Below, in pieces: positions 1-12,130 of a stretch of 64,000 nucleotides of DNA. The number at the start of each line of letters is the position of its first letter. Positions within the stretch are counted from its first letter, which is position 1. The position numbers were made by a program, and so were the translations under genes. The notes under the pieces were generated by a model. It was not told where the DNA came from, searched no databases, and was given only the letters and a program-made list of their open reading frames with translations. This DNA is from Chrysomallon squamiferum (taxonomy: Eukaryota; Animalia; Mollusca): assembly GCA_012295275.1 (NCBI GenBank), contig CM022678.1, forward strand, positions 310,001-374,000, written 5' to 3'.

Positions 1-919
1 TGTTGAGTCACGTAAAGTATAAACCGGGTTGCGATCAGGACCGGAAATTGTGTTAAAAGGTGAAACCTTCCGATTAGGTCAAAACACATGTAGTAACATA
101 TCAGCATGCGGGCTTATGTAGATAATGGCAAACAAAATTTAATCTTAATAACTGTCTATTATAGATAATTTTACAAAAAGAAAGACTAAAAAAATTATGT
201 TTTCTCTTTATTCGAACTGAGTTATGGTTGTTGATGTTCTCCAGTGTTTCAGTAAAACAACATTAGAAAAAACACAGACACCGTTTTAAGAAAATCCTGA
301 TTTATGTCAGCTCATATCTTTCACCACTTTATACACAGAAATATGAAAATGCAGATATTTAAAGCATTTAATACATTGATACTGTTTATTTATTTATTTT
401 ATTTTATTTTATTTTAATTTATTTTATTTTATTTTATTTTTTTCTGGTCTTAAATCTGAGCTAGCAGCTCATCTAACTTGGCCCAGAAATTGGACGTCAT
501 TTAAAGAGTCAAAACTTTAAAATACAATAAAATACCTAATTATAATTCAGTATTTGGTTCAGAATGAAAAAACCCAGGTAAACAGAAATATACTTCAGAC
601 TATAAACATGGTAGACTATCTTGACTCCAGATAGGTTCAAATGACTGAGTTCAGCTCACATGCAGGGTAAAACACAGAACACTTCGCTAACATATTCTGA
701 CAGAGCAATATGAATAAAGGTACATTTCAGTTTCTTCTTCTCAAGCGAATTATGAAGTTCTTAAGGATTATTCTGTTTCCGCATGCAACCATTTGATGTT
801 AACATCTGGTATCTTTCAAGCTGTGCCTGTTTATCAGGTCTCACCAAAAATCCTTTTTCTTTTCATTTCCTTCGACTTTCTTTTTCTTCTTCTTCTTCTT
901 CTTATCAACATCATCGTCG

Positions 920-3665
920 TCACAACCTGATTGTTAGTATTTCACAACCTTACTTTTAGCATATCACAACCTGTTAGTATCTCACAACCTGTCTGTTAGT
1001 ATCTCACAACCTGTTAGTATCTCACAACCTGTTAGTATCTCACAACCTGAGTTAGTATCTCACAACCTTACTGTTAGCATATCACAACCTGTTAGTATCT
1101 CACAACCTGTCTGTTAGTATCTCACAACCTGTTAGTATCTCACAACCTGAGTTAGTATCTCACAACCTTACTGTTAGTATCTCACAACCTGTTAGTATCT
1201 CACAACCTGAGTTAGTATCTCACAACCTTACTGTTAGTATATCACAACCTTACTGTTAGTATCTCTCAACCTTACTGTAAGTATTTTACAACCTTACTGT
1301 AAGTATTTTACAACCTTACTGTTAGTATCTCTCAACCTTACTGTTAGTATTTTACAACGTGACTATTAGTATATCACAACCTTACTGTTAGTATTTCACA
1401 ACGTGACTGTATCTCACAACCTTACTGTTAGTATATCACAACCTTACTGTTAGTATATCACAACCTGACTGTTAGTATATCTCAACATTACTGTTAGTAT
1501 CTCACAACCTTACTGTTAGTATATCACAACATTACTGTTAGTATTTCACAACGTGACTGTTAGTATATCACAACCTTACTGTAAGTATTTTACAACGTGA
1601 CTGTTAGTATCTCTCAACCTTACTGTTAGTATATCACAACCTTACTGTAAGTATTTCACAACGTGACTGTTAGTATTTCACAACCTTACTGTTAGTATTT
1701 TACAACGTGACTGTTAGTATATCACAACCTTACTGTTAGTATTTCACAACCTTACTGTTAGTATTTTACAACGTGACTGTTAGTATATCTCAACCTTACT
1801 GTTAGTATTTCACAACCTTACTGTTAGTATTTTACAACGTGACTGTTAGTATATCACAACCTGTCTGTTAGTATCTCACAACCTGTTAGTATCTCACAAC
1901 CTGAGTTAGTATCTCACAACCTTACTGTTAGTATATCACAACATTACTGTTAGTATATCTCAACCTTACTGTTAGTATATCACAACTTTACTGTAAGTAT
2001 TTCACAACGTGACTGTTAGTATTTCTCAACCTTACTGTAAGTATTTTACAACGTGACTGTTAGTATATCTCAACCTTACTGTTAGTATTTCACAACCTTA
2101 CTGTTAGTATTTTACAACGTGACTGTTAGTATATCACAACCTTACTGTTAGTATTTCACAACCTTACTGTTAGTATTTTACAACGTGACTGTTAGTATAT
2201 CACAACCTTACTGTTAGTATCTCTCAACCTTACTGTTAGTATTTTACAACGTGACTGTTAGTATATCACAACCTTACTGTTACTATCTCTCAACCTTACT
2301 GTTAGTATTTTACAACGTGACTGTTAGTATATCACAACCTTACTGTTAGTATATCTCAACCTTACTGTAAGTATATCACAACCTTACTGTTAGTATATCA
2401 CAACCTTACTGTTAGTATCTCTCAACCTTACTGTAAGTATTTGACAACCTTACTGTTAGTATCTCTCAACCTTACTGTAAGTATTTTACAACCTTACTGT
2501 TAGTATCTCTCAACCTTACTGTTAGTATTTTACAACGTGACTGTTAGTATATCACAACCTTACTGTTAGTATTTTCCAACGTGACTGTTAGTATCTCACA
2601 TCCTTACTGTTAGTATATCACAACCTTACTGTTAGTATTTCACAACCTGACTGTTAGTATTTCACAACCTTACTGTTAGTATCTCACAACCTTACTGTAA
2701 GTATCTCTCAACCTTACTGTTAGTATCTCACAACCTTACTGTTAGTATCTCTCAACCGTACTGTTAGTATCTCACATCCTTACTGTTAGTATATCACAAC
2801 CTTACTGTTAGTATATCACAACCTTACTGTTAGTATCTCTCAACCTTACTGTAAGTATTTTACAACCTTACTGTAAGTATTTTACAAGCTTACTGTTAGT
2901 ATCTCTCAACCTTACTGTTAGTATTTTACAACGTGACTATTAGTATATCACAACCTTACTGTTAGTATTTCACAACCTGACTGTTAGTATTTCACAACCT
3001 TACTGTTAGTATCTCACAACCTTACTGTAAGTATCTCTCAACCTTACTGTTAGTATCTCACAACCTTACTGTTAGTATCTCTCAACCGTACTGTTAGTAT
3101 CTCACATCCTTACTGTTAGTATATCACAACCTTACTGTTAGTATATCACAACCTTACTGTTAGTATCTCTCAACCTTACTGTAAGTATTTTACAACCTTA
3201 CTGTTAGTATCTCTCAACCTTACTGTAAGTATTTTACAACCTTACTGTTAGTATCTCTCAACCTTACTGTTAGTATTTTACAACGTGACTGTTAGTATAT
3301 CACAACCTTACTGTTAGTATTTTACAACGTGACTGTTAGTATCTCACATCCTTACTGTTAGTATATCACAACCTTACTGTTAGTATTTCACAACCTGACT
3401 GTTAGTATTTCACAACCTTACTGTTAGTATCTCACAACCTTACTGTAAGTATCTCTCAACCTTACTGTTAGTATCTCACAACCTTACTGTTAGTATCTCT
3501 CAACCGTACTGTTAGTATCTCACATCCTTACTGTTAGTATATCACAACCTTACTGTTAGTATTTCACAACCTGACTGTTAATATCTCTCAACTGACTGTT
3601 AGGATCTCACAATCTAACTGTTAATATCTCTCAACTGACTGTTAGGATCTCACAATATGACTGTT
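920..3665. repeat. 22-bp minisatellite array (consensus CTTACTGTTAGTAT(A/C/T)TCACAAC), about 2.7 kb, roughly 120 units
   Basis: Directly visible tandem periodicity with 18-22 bp variants. The minus strand of most units contains TACTAAC. Confidence 0.97.
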
Positions 3666-3916
3666 GGCTTAGTTTGTAATATATAACACTCAATGCACAG
3701 TTTAAATCATATTCATTTACTCGCTGAGTGTTCATTTCCGATTATCAGTTAATGTATCATGTAATTCTAGTAATTAAATAAAAAAAAAGTTTAAAATTCA
3801 GTCCTATAAACTTGTTTACACACATTCAAACATATATTCACAAACGCACATACATATGCACCCAGCCACACGTACATAAGAAAACATACACGTATTCAGT
3901 CGCAAACAGATAAACA

Positions 3917-4038
<122 letters not shown>

Positions 4039-5066
4039 GATTTGCTCTAACATTTTTCTTCGCTCAGCTTAACTCCTGCAAGACAAATACATTAACACAA
4101 CACACACACATACACACGCACACACGCGTACATATACACACTCCAGACGAAATCCTGACTGACATTGATAGCCTGTTTGTCATATTCAGTCAGTGTAATG
4201 ACGATATTTGTTTAGAATTTACAGTTCAGTTTAGACTTTAGTTGTTTTATGTTAAACCAGTTTTCATTACCTACCACACGACTCTTCTGTCCAGTCAACA
4301 GAAGAAAACTTTTATGTTTTCAAATTTATCATTTCATACTGAATGACTTGTTAAATTAACATTCTCGGGTAATCAAATCATGCTTTTATTTGATTATGAA
4401 AGAGTTACACTCATTCATTCAACCTGTTATTTAAAAGAACAAGAAACAATTAAGATTAATTAAACAAATTACTAACAAGTAAAATATAAATAAATAAATC
4501 CAATATATTTGCCATTTTACTTTTTTCCAAGTTACAAAAAATTGTTAACAAGACAGAAAACCATGATACTTCATATACAAATGTGTCTTTGTTTCGTTCT
4601 TATTTTTTTCTAAGCTATGCAGCAGCTTTATTTTTTTATTATTATTATTTGTTTTTAGAATATGAAATTAATTGAATAAATAAATGTAATACAATAAAAA
4701 GTCATGAACTATTTTAAAAATACACATCACTCTTAAAGACTGAAAGACTGATAACTAGAAGGGACAAGATGGAATCACTGAATCCTTTCTATATAAAAGT
4801 ATTAATACGTTTAATTTCATAATAATTTTAACTCTTCCTACAGGGAATCTCAGTTAACAAACAGAAATTTTGTGTCAAGCTGTTACTGCACAAATCAAGC
4901 TACCTAGAAAGAATATCAAGATAGTTAGATAGCAAGAAAATCAAAGTTCCTAGATAGCAAGAAAATCAAACTTCCTAGGAAAAAAGAAAATCGAAATAAT
5001 TAGATAATGAGACAGTGAGCTTATGTGTATTATTTTAATACAGTCACCTAGTTTATACTTTATATG

Positions 5067-5687
5067 AGTGTGTGTAGTGCATAGAGTGTGTAGTGTTTAG
5101 TGTGTGTAGTGTTTAGTGTGTGTAGTGTTTAGTGTGTAGTGTTTAGTGTGTATAGTGCATAGTGTAGTGTTTAGTGTGTGTAGTGTTTAGTGTGTATAGT
5201 GTTTAGTGTGTAGTGCATCGTGTGTGTAGTGTTTAGTGCGTGGTGTTTAGTGTGTATAGTGCATCGTGTGTGTAGTGTTTCGTGTGTGTAGTGTTTAGTG
5301 TGTATAGTGCATCGTGTGTGTAGTGTGTGTAGTATTTAGTGTGTATAGTGCATCGTGTGTGTAGTGTTTAGTGTGTGTAGTGTGTTTAGTATTTAGTGTG
5401 TGTAGTGTTTAGTGTGTGTAGTATTTAGTGTGTGTAGTGTTTAGTGTGTAGTGTTTAGTGCATCGTGTGTGTAGTGTTTAGTGTGTGTAGTGTTTCGTGT
5501 GTAGTGTTTAGTGTGTGTAGTGTTTAGTGTGTGTAGTATTTAGTGTGTGTGGTGTTTACTGTGTGTAGTGTTTAGTGTGTGTAGTGTTTAGTGTGTGTAG
5601 TATTTAGTGTGTGTAGTGTTTAGTGTGTGTAGTGTTTAGTGTTTGTGGTGTTTACTGTGTGTAATGTTTAGTGTGTGTATGTGTAGT
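5067..5687. repeat. Short-period tandem repeat (about 14-bp GTGTGTAGTGTTTA variants)
   Basis: Direct sequence periodicity. Confidence 0.95.
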
Positions 5688-6165
5688 TCTAGCAAAAACC
5701 ATAACTTCGTAAAATATTTGAATTTCCGGTTTCTGACATTACTGAAATCTAGAAGCAATCTCCAATTAAAATTCTCTTCCATTATTTAAATATTCCATTT
5801 AAAAAAGAAAATCTGAAATTTTCAGCTAAAACTATGTAGAAAACACGAAGTGAGAACATCGTATTTAGTTTTACTACGAAAATAGTAAAGATTTCATCAT
5901 TTATTAAACGTTTTAAGATAATAAAGTATGCCTCTGTTTTCTGACATTTCCACAATTTACTTTTAGGAACAGTCCATTACAGAGTTAGCAGACACGCTGG
6001 TGTGTACTATGTCACTAGTGAAAATCACAACTCCATTGCAGTGTGTATTTTCTTGAACAATACAGGAAATATACATTATTTAAAACAGAAAACAAATGTA
6101 ATTACCATTTATAAAGCATATTTATTATGTTAATTGTTAATGGCAGTACAATACACTCCATATCG

Positions 6166-6198
<33 letters not shown>

Positions 6199-6945
6199 GT
6201 CACTATTATAATAAAATTCTACAAAAACTAGAACAAATTAGTGATAGTTCACTCTACTATAATTTAATTCAAATCAACAAAGTTCACATTTAATACTTTC
6301 TCGTTTAGCAATGTTATATTGGTCACAGACCCACACACATACATACATTAATAATGTTTATTATTATTCTCATTTAGTATTCAAGATAATAAAATTAGTT
6401 TTATGATATTTAATTGTTATTTTAAAACATTAACAATTTAATAGACTTTTACAAGTGAGGGGTACTCTTGGGTATCATCTATTTGTTACACATCCATTTA
6501 TCACAGATCTTGTAAGAAAACAGGTCATAGCCGAGTGAACTGGTAATCAGATGTCCGCTATCTAGTACACAATAAACTGATCTTCCCAGTTTTTACACGA
6601 AAAGCTTAGAAAATAATTAAAGTGCATAAAGTACACACACACACACATCTCAACTATATAAAAATTAGGATATTTTCCCTTTTTTTGCTATTATTATTAC
6701 TATTAATATTACTGTTATTATTTTTATTGTTGTTGTTATTATTATTACTTTTATTATTATTATTACTTTTAATATTAGTTATTATTATTATTGTTGTTGT
6801 TGTTGTTGTTGTTGTTGTTATTTCAACAACTTTAATAGTCTCTGAGTTCATCATATACCTGTCACATACAACAATACCTAAGGCTTTTAACTTAGGTTTT
6901 ACTTGTCGATTGAACCAGAATTTTCCAAATACCTCTTAAGTGCCA

Positions 6946-7465
6946 TATAACGTGCGTAACGTGATGTTTACGTGTCTGTATAATGTGTAACGTTTCTATC
7001 GTGATATGTTACTTCTCTGTATGTATAATGTAACGTGATATGTGTTATGTCTCTATATAACGTGTAACGTGATATGTGTTACTCTATATGTGTAACGTAA
7101 CGTGATACAAGTGTTACATCTCTATACAACGTCTAACGTGATACAAGTGTTACGTCTCTTTATAACATGTGTAGTGGTGTTACGTCTCTATATAACTTGT
7201 AACGTAACGTGATGTGTTACGTCTCTATATACCGTGTTACGACTCTATATAACGTGTAACGTAACATGTTACGTCTATATAACGTGATGTGTTACGTCTC
7301 TTTATAACGTGTCTAACGTGATATGTGTTACGTCTCTATATAAGGTGTGTAATGTGATGTGTTACGGCTCTATATAACGTGTCACGTGGTGTTACTTCTT
7401 TATAGAACGTGTAATGTAAGTTACGTCTCTATATAACGTGTAACGTGATATAAGTGCTACGTCTC
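6946..7465. repeat. Degenerate ~30-bp minisatellite (TATAACGTGTAACGTGATATGTGTTACGTCTC-like)
   Basis: Direct sequence periodicity, immediately 3' of the STAND gene remnant. Confidence 0.85.
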
Positions 7466-7509
7466 AGTGGAACAAAACAACTAACAGTTTCACAGCTTCT
7501 TGCTTTATT

Positions 7510-8200
7510 TCACTGTTGTTTTACTCTGTTTATCATTTCAGCCAACAGACAGGCAATGTTCATGTTACCTGAACAAATTGAAATATGTAACAAGTGGGAA
7601 CACAGATTCAATTTTACCCATTTTTATACTGTAACAGTTCTTTGAGTACGGTAGCACTGTCTGTTTTTGAACAAGCAGCTGCGCAGAATGTATCAAATGT
7701 TGGAATAACACCTGATTCTAGCAACATTCTCACATCTTCATCTCCAAACAAACAAGAAATATCCAAAAGTGGTTTTTTTCATGTTAGTTTCATTTTACAC
7801 AGATCTGATGTGAAAAATCTTGACAATGTTCTCAGTCCATTCACAACACACTCACTTGCAACAGACGATGAAATTACAAAATGTTCTTCAACTCGCAAAT
7901 AGCACAGAATGAAACTTTAAATCACTGTCAAGAAGACACGAAACATTGCTAAATATTTTATTAGCACTGTATACAGTTACAAAAGATATAAAGGAAAGGA
8001 CTCTTTGAATTTTATATATTCCCTGATGCAGTATTTCAGTCAACCTACTATAAAATTATTCTTCCTTTATGAGGTATTTTAGAAACTCTTCATCTTTCAG
8101 TGATGGATGTGAAATAATTTCACTGGCATTATCTGAAGCCAGCAGGTCAGTAAATCTGCGAGCAAGAACATCAAAGCAGTCAGGTGTCACAGTCATTGTA
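7510..8200 (-). pseudogene. Frameshifted, decayed C-terminal part of the STAND gene: post-NTPase helical region plus ankyrin-like repeats
   Basis: In a shifted frame overlapping the stop at 8193, it reads TMTVTPDCFDVLARRFTDLLASDNASEIISHPSLKDEEFLKYL, resembling the 'L..R...D......HP.L....F' segment that follows nSTAND3 domains. 7614-7772 reads PLLDISCLFGDEDVRMLLESGVIP..., and about 7510-7600 reads SHLLHISICSGNMNIACLLAEMINRVKQQ*; both are ankyrin-like. AATAAA lies at 7504-7509 (minus strand), right after that stop. Confidence 0.75.
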
Positions 8201-9241
8201 ACAACATGGAGACAGGACACACTTCTAGCAATTCTGCTGCTTTCTTTGGAAACTTTGATGAAAACATCCGAAACACAGAGTCAAACACAGACTGGTGAAT
8301 AAATGTGTATTTATTGTCACAACACTTCAAATAGGTACCACACATAACATCAGCTGTTTCCTTGATATCTGTAAGACCAGTGTTTTCTAGACTTTGACAG
8401 AATTGCTCTAGTTGTCTTACTAATTTCATTATGTCACTGTCAGAGCCATTTTCAAATGGGTCCAGTGAATCAATGCTGAGACTGCCTTGTTTGAACAAAA
8501 TCAGCAGTAAAACTAGGTAACTGATCTGTGAAGATTTGTCATTTTTCAATTTTTCCAGCTCTTGTTCGAGATACTCTACAGGTTTCTTAAAAAACTCAAC
8601 TCCTCTTTTTTGTGCATCACTTGAATTAACATAATATAGACACATCTGAGGAAATCCTAACTGTGTACATGAACTGTAAATGACAGTCTTTTTATCATTT
8701 TTGTTCACTGTAACATTGTTTTTCTCAAGATATTTGTTTAGAATTTGTTCCTTTTCATCATAATTGAGACAACTTTTGTCACTATGCAGATCAAGAACAT
8801 GTTTCTCATTAAACAGGTCAAATTCCTTCAAACCAGTTTCACTTTCTGAAAATATTTGTTTTCTTAAAGAAATAATACATTTCAAAGAACCAACATGAAC
8901 AAGACTCCATATTTCTGGAAATTTGAGTTTCCATGAGTCTCTAAAATCTGAATCAAGATTAGTCTTACCAAATATATCATCAATGAGAACAACATATTTC
9001 TTATTTCTAGACAGAGAGATGTCATTGAATTTATGGTGATGAGTCAGCAAGTAAGGTTCTCTTTTTTCTTCTTTTTCTATCTGTTTCATCATGCTCAAAG
9101 CAAGAGTTGTCTTTCCTGAACCTGGACTTCCTACCACAATGACAACACCGTTCTTCTTCAAAAGTGCAACACCTCTTTTCTCTGCTCTTGTTTCAACATA
9201 GACACTCCAGTCAACTGAATTTAACACTGACCTGGTACACT
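8193..9241 (-). CDS. Main coding exon of an NLR-like STAND P-loop NTPase (nSTAND3 / novel STAND NTPase 3 type)
   Basis: 344-aa ORF with Walker A VIVVGSPGSGKTT (GSPGSGKT at 9108-9131), Walker B VVLIDDIFG, the GxP motif GFPQMC and a winged-helix motif FIHQSVFD. Splice acceptor ...TGTGATACAG| gives exon start 9241 (phase 1), so the ORF-track GTG 'start' is internal. Confidence 0.92.
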
Positions 9242-9428
9242 CTGTATCACAATATTAAATAAAAAGAAAATAAATAATGTATAATTAATTGCTTAGACCA
9301 TATTTTACTATTCATATATAAATAATATAATTTTTAACTGGTCATTAGATATAGAGTTTATAAAAAAAATATCAGTAGTTTGTTGTCATAATTTTAGTTA
9401 ATAATAATAATAATAATAAAAATGATAC

Positions 9429-9461
9429 CTTTGATACTGGATACTTGTCTATCACTCTCTG
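9429..9461 (-). CDS. 33-nt coding micro-exon of the STAND gene (TESDRQVSSIK)
   Basis: Flanked by TTATTTCAG| and AAAG|GTATCA. Symmetric phase 1-1, and keeps frame between the neighbouring exons. Confidence 0.7.
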
Positions 9462-9892
9462 CTGAAATAATATAAAAATAAAACAAGTTTGTGTTATTGA
9501 TGAGTAAAAGAAATTATTAAAGTGATCTGTGCCATTACTCTACACTTTATTCACAGCATTGGTAACATATAACATTATTATTATATCTTTCTATTTGACT
9601 ATAATTATTACTATTTAAGAATGTTTTTTTAATTCTATGATATAAAATTGCTCAGTGTTTCAGCAAGTTATTGGTTGAAAATTCTGTTGCAGGCTACTTA
9701 TTAATTTTTAAGGGATTTTTAACAAATGTGTTTCTTGTGATGAGTTGGTGACATCAGTATTAGAAACTGCTACAACTTAGTCCATTTCCAAGATATATAC
9801 ATGATACTGGAGAGGATAGCCAAAGTACATCACATGTGTGTTCTGTTGTCAGTTAAACATCTAGAGAAAAGAAAAGTTAGTTTTCAACTTAC

Positions 9893-9976
9893 TAGTTGAA
9901 GTGCTATTGCCTCCTATTACAACATTTCCAAAGTTAGATATCTTTATTTTCTCTTCTACAAGTTGTATTTGAGTAT
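9893..9976 (-). CDS. 84-nt coding exon of the STAND gene encoding a RHIM-like motif (DTQIQLVEEKIKISNFGNVVIGGNSTST)
   Basis: Acceptor TTTCACAG| and perfect donor |GTAAGT. Length is a multiple of 3, phase 1-1, no stops. Confidence 0.8.
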
Positions 9977-10294
9977 CTGTGAAACAGAGTAAATATATTT
10001 CTTAAATTTACAACTCACAAGCATAATTTTTAAAAATGTTTGTATCTGTAAGGACAACATTGAGCATTAATACAATCTGTTTTTTGTTAAAAGTGTCAAT
10101 TTTGCTAATATCTAAGATGGAACTAAACAATATATCGAAACAGTGTATTGTTTCAAGTGTAAATAGTACTTTTGTCAGTTTAGAATTTACCATCAATAAA
10201 GTAAACAATATATTGAAATATTCTATTATTATAAATATATAAAAAAAGTTCTATCAAAAAAGTAAACAGTATATTAAAATACTGTGCATATTAC

Positions 10295-10637
10295 CACAAC
10301 TGCTTGACACAGGTAGTTGATATATTTTTTTTGTGACTTCAAAGGAAGACTGAGGTGTGATGCCAGAGAGACAAACACTTGTTGTATTGTCTAACAGAGA
10401 AACAGCTGACTCAGTCTCTGCAGAACAAACAGCTGTGATGTCTGAAGAAGAAACAGCTGTGATGTTGTCTGAAGAAGAAACAGCTGTGATTTTGTCTGAA
10501 GAAGAGACAGCTGTGATGTTATCTGAAGAAGAAACAGCTGTGATGTTGTCTGAAGAAGAAACAGCTGTGATTTTGTCTGTGGACAAAACAGCTGTGCTGT
10601 TAGACGAAACTTCTGAACTCTTGTTTTTGTTGTCCAT
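10295..10637 (-). CDS. First coding exon of the STAND gene: Ser/Thr-rich N-terminus with 9-aa repeats (SSDNITAVS)
   Basis: Acceptor TTTTACAG| gives exon start 10647, with ATG at 10637. Donor G|GTAATA after 10295 is phase 1 and matches the downstream exons. Spliced CDS is 343+84+33+1049 = 1509 nt (about 502 aa). Confidence 0.72.
10400..10600. repeat. 27-bp coding tandem repeat (GAAGAAGAAACAGCTGTGATGTTGTCT) inside the first coding exon
   Basis: Direct periodicity, open in the frame used by the gene model. Confidence 0.92.
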
Positions 10638-11699
10638 ATTGGTTGAGCTGTAAAATAATAATATAATGATTGATTTTTAATACAGAAGGAAGAAAACAAA
10701 TGTTTTATTGAACTCATTTAATTTATATGAGTTTAGAGAGAAGATTTAGGAATATTCAGATAACAAAAAAAGATATCTATTGCTGTCACTTCACAATCTA
10801 CACTTTCTTATTAGCAACAAGTGATAATTCATTTACACCTACCCACAGACAGTGCATACAATTTCATATATCACTTGTTGAGCAACAGCTAATATAAAAA
10901 CAGCTCAGACTGCATTCTCAACTTTTGTTCTATAAACATGTTCTTGAAAGTATTTTAAAATAATGAAATGAGGATTGTTGTAATAAATGTGCTAGTTTAG
11001 TAAAAAGTGATGTTAGACTGTTATATCAAAATAGTCATGAAAACATAATTATCACATCACTACTCATTTGAAAACTAATATTGTTGTAATTAATTTTGTA
11101 TCACATTAGAATGAGTTCATTCAAAATATTTTGTAATAATTAAAATAATACATTTACAGAATACTTTTAAACTACAGTACTAAATTGTCAATAATTATGA
11201 CAAAAGTTATATGATTTGTAATAAATATAAAAAATTATCAGAATAGTAACTAAATTTTATTATTAGTTTTGTAATTTGCATTAACTGATATAAACAAAAT
11301 AAAAATTATAGATAATATCTGAATAGTTTTAATTATACTATCATTGTAGTGAATTATGTGATATAAATGATACAAATGAAAACATCACTAATTTACATCT
11401 GGAGAAATATAATAATTATCAGAATAGTTAGAAACAACTAAATTATATTATTAGTTTTGTCATTGGCATTGAATTATATAAACAAAATAAATGTATATAT
11501 AATATCTGAATAGTTTTAATTATACTGTTACCATAGTAAATTATGTAATATAAATGATACAAACGGAAATGTCACAAAAATACACCTGGAGAAAATACAG
11601 ATGAGTGACAACATGTGACAAGTAAATACAACTTTGTGATGATTAACAACAGAATGATGTTTCTTGTTTCTGAATGACAGTTACAACTGATTTCACTGT

Positions 11700-12130
11700 G
11701 ACAGTTCAGTGTATCAAGTCTCCATGTTTTTTTCAAACTGCAATATACTCACATATGAGATATGAATGTTTAATGCTAGCACAGCTGAACTTGGCACAAT
11801 GCCTGACTTCAGAAACACAAAGATGACAGATAATATGAATGCATTCAACAGATCAAACCTACAGGACATCAGCTAGCCTACAGTTAGTGAGTTATACTCA
11901 TCAGTCCATTAGTGACCTGCAACAGGCTACATCCAAAACAAAGCTTTAACACTTCTGCCTTGGCCAGTCATGAGTCCAGTTTTGAATCCACTTGAGCACA
12001 TTTGTGTATATCAAACATTTTATATAGAATGAATGTGGAATCAGCTTAGCACTGGGAATGACAATAGTTCAGTTGACAAATCCAACATTTAACTGGAGAG
12101 ATGAGTCAGATGTTGGAGGCAGTTGAATGT
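11700..12130 (+). mobile_element. Highly degraded Tc1-like transposase relic within an intron
   Basis: 11950-12004 translates TLLPWPVMSPVLNPLEHI, matching the Tc1 catalytic motif LPWPxxSPDLNPIEHLW. Boundaries are approximate. Confidence 0.7.

Noticed and set aside
720-927. Possible PIF/Harbinger-like N-terminus (basic run then FLVRP) or a Lys-rich exon on the minus strand
   Set aside because: Needs frame changes and hits stops quickly. The similarity is too weak to call.
920-3665. CRISPR-like array
   Set aside because: Units are head-to-tail with no unique spacers, there are no cas genes, and the context is eukaryotic. The same applies to the 42-, 44-, 46- and 77-bp arrays.
6622-6939. Hydrophobic poly-L/I/V or poly-Y/N ORFs, here and at many other sites
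   Set aside because: Translations of (ATT)n, (GTT)n, (CT)n and (GT)n microsatellites.
10357-10653. Plus-strand acidic repeat ORF (SEEETAVML)n
   Set aside because: Antisense shadow of the minus-strand exon, which has matching splice sites and phase.
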